From a bacterium (GTDB lineage: Bacteria > Hydrothermota > Tepidihabitantia > Tepidihabitantales > Tepidihabitantaceae), in the NCBI GenBank assembly GCA_046485285.1, contig JAWOHE010000028.1, positions 1-12,948 of the forward strand: a stretch of DNA of 12,948 bases. The letters run 5' to 3'. Position numbers and translations under genes: made by a program. Positions within the stretch are counted from its first letter, which is position 1, and every line of letters begins with the position of its first letter. Positions 7,983 through 12,948 of the stretch are shown piece by piece. The notes under the pieces were generated by a model. The model ran no database searches. It was not told the origin of the DNA and saw nothing but the letters and a program-made list of their open reading frames with translations.

Positions 7983-9806
7983 TCAGCCCGCGAGGGCGCG
8001 GCGGACCTTCTCGGCGAGCACCGGTCCGATGCCCGGCACCTGCCGGATGTCCTCGACCCCGGCGTTGCGCAGCCGGGCGACCGAGCCGAAGTGCCGGACC
8101 AGCGCCCGCCGCCGCGCCGGCCCGAGCCCGGCTATCGCGTCGAGCTCGGACGCGACCATCCCCCGGCCCCGCAGCCGGCGATGGAACGCGATCGCGAACC
8201 GGTGCGACTCGTCGCGGATGCGCTTGAGCAGGACCAGCGCCGGCGAGCGGGCTGCCACCGATACCTCGCGGCCGTCAAGGTAATAGACCGTGTCGGTGCG
8301 CTTGGCCAGCCCGAGCACCGGCAGGTCGGGCGCGAACCGGTGCCAGGCCGCGAGCGCGGTCGAGAGCTGGCCCTTGCCGCCGTCAACCAGCACGAGGTCG
8401 GGTACCCGGCCGCCCTTCTCGACCAGGCCGCGTGCCCGCCGGGTCAGCACCTCCTCGATCATCGCGAAGTCGTCCGGGCCCGCGACGGTCCGGACCTTGA
8501 AGTGCCGGTACTCGCTCTTCACCGGCCGCCCGTCCCGGAACACGACCACCGACCCGACCGCGTGCCGGCCCTGGGTGTTCGAAATGTCCACACCCTCGAT
8601 GACCCGCGGCACCGCCGCCAGCCCGAGCGCCCGCGCCAGCTCGCGGCTCGCCTTCGGGACGACCTCGTCCGGCGCGTTCTCGACCAGCGCCTTCTCGGCG
8701 TTCGCCCGCGCCAGCGCGAGCAGGCTCACCCGCGCCCCCCGCTCCGGCGCGACCAGCCGCACCCGTCGCCCACGCCTTTCGGTCAGCAGTTCCTCGAACG
8801 CCTCCGGCTCCTCGACCGGGACCGGCAGGATGACCTCGTCGGGCAGGTCGGCGACGTGGCTGTGAACCGAGCGGAGCACCGTCGCCAGCACCTCCGCGTC
8901 CGACACCGCCGCGCCGGCCGCGATCGGGTACTCCTCGCGCGCGACGATCCGGCCCTCGCGCGCCCGGAACAGCGTCACCACCGCCAGCCGCTCACCCCGC
9001 GCCAGGCCGAGCACGTCGCGGGCGACCCGGTCCGGCAGCGCCGCCTGCTGGCTCTTCCGGATTTCGCGCAGGGCCAGCAACTGGTCGCGCACGATTGCCG
9101 CCCGCTCGAAGTTCTGCTCCCGCGCCGCCTCCTGCATCCGCGCCTCGAGCCGCCCGGTCAGCTCGTCCGAGCGGCCGGCGAGGAACCCGGCGACGTCCTC
9201 GACCTGCTGGCGGTACTCCGCGGCGCTGACCCGGTCGTGGCACGGCCCGCTGCACCGGCCGAGTTCGAAGTTCAGGCAGGGCCGCGAAGGCCGCTCGCCG
9301 GGCAGTCGGTGCCGGCAGGTCCGCAGCCGGAAAATCCGCTGCACGCCCTTGAGCGCCCGGCGCAGCTCGCGGGCCGAGGTGTAGGGCCCGAACAAGAGCG
9401 CGCCATCGCGCCGTATCTGCCGCGTCGCGAAGATCCGCGGCACCGGCTCCCGGACGGTCAGCTTCAGGTAGGGAAACTTCTTGTCGTCGCGCAGGCGGAC
9501 GTTGTAGCGCGGGTGCTTCATCTTTATCAGGTTCTCCTCGAGCACCAGCGCCTCGACCTCGGACCGGGTGACGATCGTCTCGACCGACCGCGCCGCGCGC
9601 ACCAGCGCCGCCAGCCGCGGGTCGTCCTTCGGCGCGAGGTAGTTCCGGAGCCGGTCGGCGAGGTTGCGCGCCTTGCCGACGTAGATGACCTTGCCGGCCG
9701 CGTCCTTGAGCAGGTACACGCCCGGCCCGCCCGGCGCCCGGCCCACCTGCTCGGCCAGCGACCCGGCCTGTCCCTCGCGACCCCGGCCCCCGACCTCCGG
9801 CTTCAC
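7983..9806 (-). CDS. uvrC: Excinuclease ABC subunit C, 607 aa
   Basis: GIY-YIG domain PGVYLLKD...IYVGKARNL, EALVLE, PRYNVRLRDDK and FGPY. Cys cluster (RTC...PCL...RCSGPC), UVR domain FERAAIVRD, RNase H-like domain IEGVDISN/DDFAM/VDGGKGQ/RDESHRFA, and tandem HhH (GLGP, VPGIG). GGAGAG lies 8 nt before the GTG start. Confidence 0.97.
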   Translation of the reverse strand: MKPEVGGRGREGQAGSLAEQVGRAPGGPGVYLLKDAAGKVIYVGKARNLADRLRNYLAPKDDPRLAALVRAARSVETIVTRSEVEALVLEENLIKMKHPRYNVRLRDDKKFPYLKLTVREPVPRIFATRQIRRDGALLFGPYTSARELRRALKGVQRIFRLRTCRHRLPGERPSRPCLNFELGRCSGPCHDRVSAAEYRQQVEDVAGFLAGRSDELTGRLEARMQEAAREQNFERAAIVRDQLLALREIRKSQQAALPDRVARDVLGLARGERLAVVTLFRAREGRIVAREEYPIAAGAAVSDAEVLATVLRSVHSHVADLPDEVILPVPVEEPEAFEELLTERRGRRVRLVAPERGARVSLLALARANAEKALVENAPDEVVPKASRELARALGLAAVPRVIEGVDISNTQGRHAVGSVVVFRDGRPVKSEYRHFKVRTVAGPDDFAMIEEVLTRRARGLVEKGGRVPDLVLVDGGKGQLSTALAAWHRFAPDLPVLGLAKRTDTVYYLDGREVSVAARSPALVLLKRIRDESHRFAIAFHRRLRGRGMVASELDAIAGLGPARRRALVRHFGSVARLRNAGVEDIRQVPGIGPVLAEKVRRALAG

Positions 9807-9809
9807 GCT

Positions 9810-9915
9810 CCCGGCTCTCCCTGCCCGTGCCGGCCTTTGTGTCTTTGCCGCCGGTCCGCGCCCTTGTTCTCACCCATCATCTTATCTTCGTGTCCTGGTG
9901 TTTGCCCGGCTCTCC
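9810..9915. repeat. 11-bp direct repeat (CCCGGCTCTCC at 9810-9820 and 9905-9915) flanking an 84-bp segment in the rtcB-uvrC spacer
   Basis: Exact 11-bp copies read directly from the sequence. Internal degenerate repeat CTTTGTGTCTTTGCC (9835-9849) versus CTTCGTGTCCTGGTGTTTGCC (9886-9906). Confidence 0.6.
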
Positions 9916-9923
9916 TTTTGACG

Positions 9924-11369
9924 CTAGCCCTTGACCACCCCGACCGGCCGCAGCCGCGCGACCTTGCGCGCGATGCCGGCGCGGGCGCAGACCTCGACCA
10001 CCCGGTCGACGTCCTTGTACGCGTCTGGCACCTCCTCGCGCAGGACCTCACTGCTCGCGGCCATCACCCGGATGCCCCGGCGCGCCAGCTCGCCGGCGAC
10101 GTCGCGGTGCTTCGTCTCGGCCAGCGCCCGGGTACGCGACCAGACCCGGCCCGCGCCGTGGCAGACCGACGCGAATGTCTCCCGGGCCGCGGCCTCGGTG
10201 CCGACCAGCAGCCAGGAACTCGTGCCCATGTCGCCCGGTATCAGCACCGGCTGGCCCAGCGCCCGGTAGCGCCAGGGCAGTTCCGGGTGGCCGGGCGGCA
10301 ACGCCCGCGTCGCGCCCTTGCGGTGGACGCAGAGCCGCAACTTCCGGCCGCCGACCTCGTGCTCCTCGAACTTGGCGATGTTGTGGGCGACGTCGTAGAC
10401 CAGCTCGAGCGCGGCCGGCCGGCCGAGCACGCCGGCGAACGCCTCGCGCACCCAGTGGGTGATGCACTGCCGGTTGGCCCACGCGTAGTTGGCCGCGCAG
10501 GCCATCGCCCCGAAATAGCGCCGACCCTCCGGCGACTCGACCGGCGCGCAGGCGAGCTGGCGGTCGACCAGCTCGATGCCGTACTTCCGGGCCGCCGCGC
10601 CCAGCGTCCGGACGTTGTCGTCGCAGACCTGGTAACCGAGGCCGCGCGAGCCGGTGTGAATCATCACCACGACCTGCCCGACCGCGACGCCCAGCCCGGC
10701 CGCCGCCGCCGGGTCGAACACCTCGGTGACCTCCTGGATTTCGAGGAAGTGGTTGCCCGCCCCGAGCGTCCCGAGCTGGGGCATCCCCCGCTCGAGCGCC
10801 CGCGGCGAAACCCCGGCGAGGTCCGCGCCCGCCATCGCGCCCCGCTCCTCGGTGAACTCGAGGTCGGCCTCGGTCCCGTAGCCGCTCTCGACCGCCCAGC
10901 GCGCGCCCCGGGTCAGCACCCGCTCGACCTCCTGCCGGCCGATGCGAATCCGCCCCTTCGAGCCGACGCCCGAGGGCACGCCCTCGTACATCGCCGCGAC
11001 CAGCCGGCCGACGACCGCCGGCCCGAGCTCCTCCCGCGCGACGTCGGTCCTCAGCAGCCTGACCCCGCAGTTGATGTCGTAGCCGACCCCGCCCGGCGAA
11101 ACCACGCCGTCCGAAACGCGGAACGCCGCCACCCCGCCTATCGGGAACCCATAACCCCAGTGGATGTCGGGCATCGCCAGCGAGTGGCCGACGATGCCGG
11201 GCAGGGTCGCGACGTTGGCGACCTGCTCCGGCGCCTGGTCGGCCCGGATGTCCGCGGCCAGCGCCGCGTCGGCGTAGATGATGCCGTCGACCCGCATCCC
11301 GGGCTTGTAGTCCCTCGGGATGCGCAGGCGGTTATCGTCGAGCGGCTCGAGCCTGCCGTTCCAGGCCAT
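9924..11369 (-). CDS. rtcB: RtcB 3'-phosphate/5'-OH RNA ligase (long archaeal/eukaryote-like type), 481 aa
   Basis: Motifs MPDIHWGYGFPIGG, GGVGYDINCG, QLGTLGAGNHFLEIQ, IHTGSRG, YDVAHNIAK, VHRKGAT, IPGDMG, SVCHGAGR (guanylylated His), EEVPDAYKD and the terminal LRPVGVVKG. Confidence 0.97.
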   Translation of the reverse strand: MAWNGRLEPLDDNRLRIPRDYKPGMRVDGIIYADAALAADIRADQAPEQVANVATLPGIVGHSLAMPDIHWGYGFPIGGVAAFRVSDGVVSPGGVGYDINCGVRLLRTDVAREELGPAVVGRLVAAMYEGVPSGVGSKGRIRIGRQEVERVLTRGARWAVESGYGTEADLEFTEERGAMAGADLAGVSPRALERGMPQLGTLGAGNHFLEIQEVTEVFDPAAAAGLGVAVGQVVVMIHTGSRGLGYQVCDDNVRTLGAAARKYGIELVDRQLACAPVESPEGRRYFGAMACAANYAWANRQCITHWVREAFAGVLGRPAALELVYDVAHNIAKFEEHEVGGRKLRLCVHRKGATRALPPGHPELPWRYRALGQPVLIPGDMGTSSWLLVGTEAAARETFASVCHGAGRVWSRTRALAETKHRDVAGELARRGIRVMAASSEVLREEVPDAYKDVDRVVEVCARAGIARKVARLRPVGVVKG

Positions 11370-11375
11370 CGAGCC

Positions 11376-11403
11376 AGTATAGAACCCGGGGCCGGACCGT
11401 CAA
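11376..11403 (-). promoter_or_regulatory. Sigma70-type promoter for rtcB(-uvrC), predicting a leaderless transcript
   Basis: Minus strand TTGACG (11403-11398), 16-nt spacer, TATACT (11381-11376), then GGCTCG and ATG (11369). No SD is present. Confidence 0.7.
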
Positions 11404-11424
11404 ACGCGCCCGGGACTCGGCGCG
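11402..11424 (-). terminator. Possible weak intrinsic terminator after the LVIVD gene
   Basis: Minus strand CGCGCC-N8-GGCGCG followed by only TTT, which runs into the rtcB -35 box. Confidence 0.25.
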
Positions 11425-11434
11425 AAAACAGGCC

Positions 11435-12697
11435 CTATCGCACCAGCACCAGCCGGGCGGATTCGCCGGTGTCCTGCCTGCGGACGAAGTAGACCCCGCG
11501 GGCAAGATGCCGGACGTCGTTGTCGCCGGGTTGGAGTAGTGCGACCCTGCGGCCGTCCGGTGCGTATAGCCCGGCGCCTTCACTCCCGGCAAGGTTCACC
11601 GAGTACCGCGCCGGGTTGGGCCGGAGCCCCAGTGTCGGTCGGGTGACCGGTGCAGTCCGCGGCTCCTCAACCCCGGCGCCGAGAAACTCCACTATCCGCA
11701 AGCCCCAACTGCCCAGGTAGGCGAGGTTACCTGTCACGACCACGTCGCCCATGCTGTAGGGAGGCCACGTGGTCTTGCGATAGTGCCCGACCTCTAACGG
11801 ATGTGCAGGGTCCGTGATGTCGTACACAAACAGACCATTCACCGATGCCGTAACATATGCCAGGTTGCCGGACAGCGCGACGTAAAGGCAGCTCGTGCGG
11901 GTGTGCCGGGACGCGACCAGGACAGGCTCCGCCGGGTTGGAGACGGCAGACACGCGGACATAGCCGGAGTCCGGGGGGGACCCCGGCCAGCCGTCGTCAG
12001 CCACATACACGTAGTCACCGGCAACATCGAGTCCCCAAGCGCCTGCCGGCATATCGGAGTGACCCACCTCATATGGATTCGCAGGGTCAGCGACGTTGAC
12101 GATTCGCAGTCCACCGCCGGAACTTGCGACATAGGCCAGGTCGCCAGCTACCTTCACGTCGGCAGCGAAGCCCGGCAGTTGGCACTGCCCAAGCTCGAGC
12201 GGGTTGCTCGGGTCCCGGACATCCACCACCCGCAGACTCCCCCAACTGGCGAGATAGGCGTAGTCGCCGGCCAGCGCCAGCCGCCACGCGCCGAAGGGAG
12301 CGGGTATGGTGCTGAGCCGTCGCGGCGCTCCGGGATCGGCCACGTCCCAGATCTCCAGTCCCGCCCAGCTACCGCCTAGGTACAGCACGTTCGACCGATA
12401 GGCGATGCCGGTGACCTCGTAGCCCACCGGAGTGGCGAGCACGGAGAGCACCCGTGGCTGGGCCGGGTCACTGACGTCCAGCACGTAGGCCGCGTTGAGC
12501 GTACCGGAGTCCGGCTGGCTCGTCATTCCCAAGAAGGCGAGGTTCCGGTCCGGGTCGACGGCGACCGCCCAGCCCTCCGGTTCTTCCTCTCTGGTGCCCG
12601 GCCAGAGCCCGAGCTGCCGGCAGTTGAGCGAGTCCTGCCCGAGCGCAGGCAGGGCCAGCGCGAGCAGGACGCTTGCGACCGCAATCAGTCTAGACAT
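11435..12697 (-). CDS. Secreted LVIVD-repeat (beta-propeller-like) protein with short T9SS-like C-terminal domain, 420 aa
   Basis: AAGGAG lies 7 nt before the ATG. Signal peptide MSRLIAVASVLLALALPALG. Six repeats (YVLDVSDPAQP, LEIWDVADPGAP, LRVVDVRDPSNP, LRIVNVADPANP, VRVSAVSNPAEP, LFVYDITDPAHP) with GDYAY/GDLAY/GNLAY strands. Tail GVEE...PNPA...LYAPDGRRV...LARGVYFV. Confidence 0.88.
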   Translation of the reverse strand: MSRLIAVASVLLALALPALGQDSLNCRQLGLWPGTREEEPEGWAVAVDPDRNLAFLGMTSQPDSGTLNAAYVLDVSDPAQPRVLSVLATPVGYEVTGIAYRSNVLYLGGSWAGLEIWDVADPGAPRRLSTIPAPFGAWRLALAGDYAYLASWGSLRVVDVRDPSNPLELGQCQLPGFAADVKVAGDLAYVASSGGGLRIVNVADPANPYEVGHSDMPAGAWGLDVAGDYVYVADDGWPGSPPDSGYVRVSAVSNPAEPVLVASRHTRTSCLYVALSGNLAYVTASVNGLFVYDITDPAHPLEVGHYRKTTWPPYSMGDVVVTGNLAYLGSWGLRIVEFLGAGVEEPRTAPVTRPTLGLRPNPARYSVNLAGSEGAGLYAPDGRRVALLQPGDNDVRHLARGVYFVRRQDTGESARLVLVR

Positions 12698-12716
12698 TTC
12701 CTGTCTCCTTACTTGT

Positions 12717-12744
12717 GTTCTACCGACCCAAAGGCCATTGTCAA
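12717..12744 (-). promoter_or_regulatory. Possible sigma70-type promoter for the LVIVD gene
   Basis: Minus strand consensus TTGACA (12744-12739), 16-nt spacer, TAGAAC (12722-12717). The -10 box lacks the conserved final T. Confidence 0.4.
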
Positions 12745-12755
12745 TCCTGGCCGAC

Positions 12756-12948
12756 TTATCTCATCACCACCGCCTTCTTGACGTCCTTGTACCCGGGCGC
12801 GTCGAGCCGGTAGAAGTAGATGCCGTTCGGCACCGCCCGGCCCTGCCCGTCGCTCCCGTCCCAGGTCACCACGTACGCCCCGGGCTTCTGCCGCCCGCTC
12901 GAAAGCGTCCGCACCAGCCGGCCGCCCGCGTCGTACACCCGCAGCAGC
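12756..12948 (-). CDS. C-terminal end of a larger protein with an FlgD-Ig/T9SS-like domain (5'-truncated by the window edge)
   Basis: The frame is open to the window edge: LLRVYDAGGRLVRTLSSGRQKPGAYVVTWDGSDGQGRAVPNGIYFYRLDAPGYKDVKKAVVMR, ending at TAA (12758-12756). It has the same motif set as the C25 and S8 C-termini. Confidence 0.85.
   Translation of the reverse strand, partial: LLRVYDAGGRLVRTLSSGRQKPGAYVVTWDGSDGQGRAVPNGIYFYRLDAPGYKDVKKAVVMR

Noticed and set aside
9807..9926. RtcB-UvrC fusion by TAG readthrough (the genes are in frame, 117 nt apart)
   Set aside because: An in-frame TAA follows 13 codons after the TAG (RQKESRANTRTRR*), so single readthrough or pyrrolysine insertion cannot fuse them.
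9924..11369. Intein in RtcB (known in some archaeal homologues)
   Set aside because: The 481-aa length and contiguous motifs, including DINCG, leave no room for an insertion.
3900..11381. TACTG half-sites at the promoters as LexA/SOS boxes (tempting near uvrC and rtcB)
   Set aside because: None completes CTGT-N8-ACAG. They are simply the TATACT -10 boxes.
8091..11492. 1133-aa plus-strand ORF spanning uvrC and rtcB
   Set aside because: It is an antisense shadow of two GC3-rich genes that happen to share a frame. It has no recognisable motifs, and the minus-strand genes are unambiguous.
11435..12697. Repeat periodicity suggesting a CRISPR array or DGR template/variable repeats
   Set aside because: The repeats are degenerate protein-level LVIVD units. 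There are no identical DNA repeats with spacers, no adenine-specific repeat pair, and no reverse transcriptase or cas genes.

Overview
GC-rich bacterial window (hand-counted lines about 70-75% GC) with almost all genes on the minus strand. From right to left they are: the 3' end of a protein with an FlgD-Ig/T9SS-type C-terminal domain, a secreted LVIVD-repeat protein, archaeal-type RNA ligase rtcB, excinuclease uvrC, a secreted KP-43-like S8 protease, imidazolonepropionase hutI, and a secreted C25 (gingipain-family) cysteine protease. The C25 gene converges, via a shared CTAG, on the 3' part of a plus-strand membrane-protein gene. Four proteins end in T9SS/FlgD-Ig-like sorting domains, which suggests an FCB-related lineage such as WOR-3 (inference only). 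Four sigma70-like promoters are visible, and the rtcB one predicts a leaderless mRNA. The most unusual signals are small: a ~65-bp palindrome translated in frame inside hutI, and a direct-repeat-flanked 84-bp segment between rtcB and uvrC that shares a motif with it. I see no transposase, CRISPR array or RNA gene, and no clearly new multi-gene system can be established from this sequence alone.
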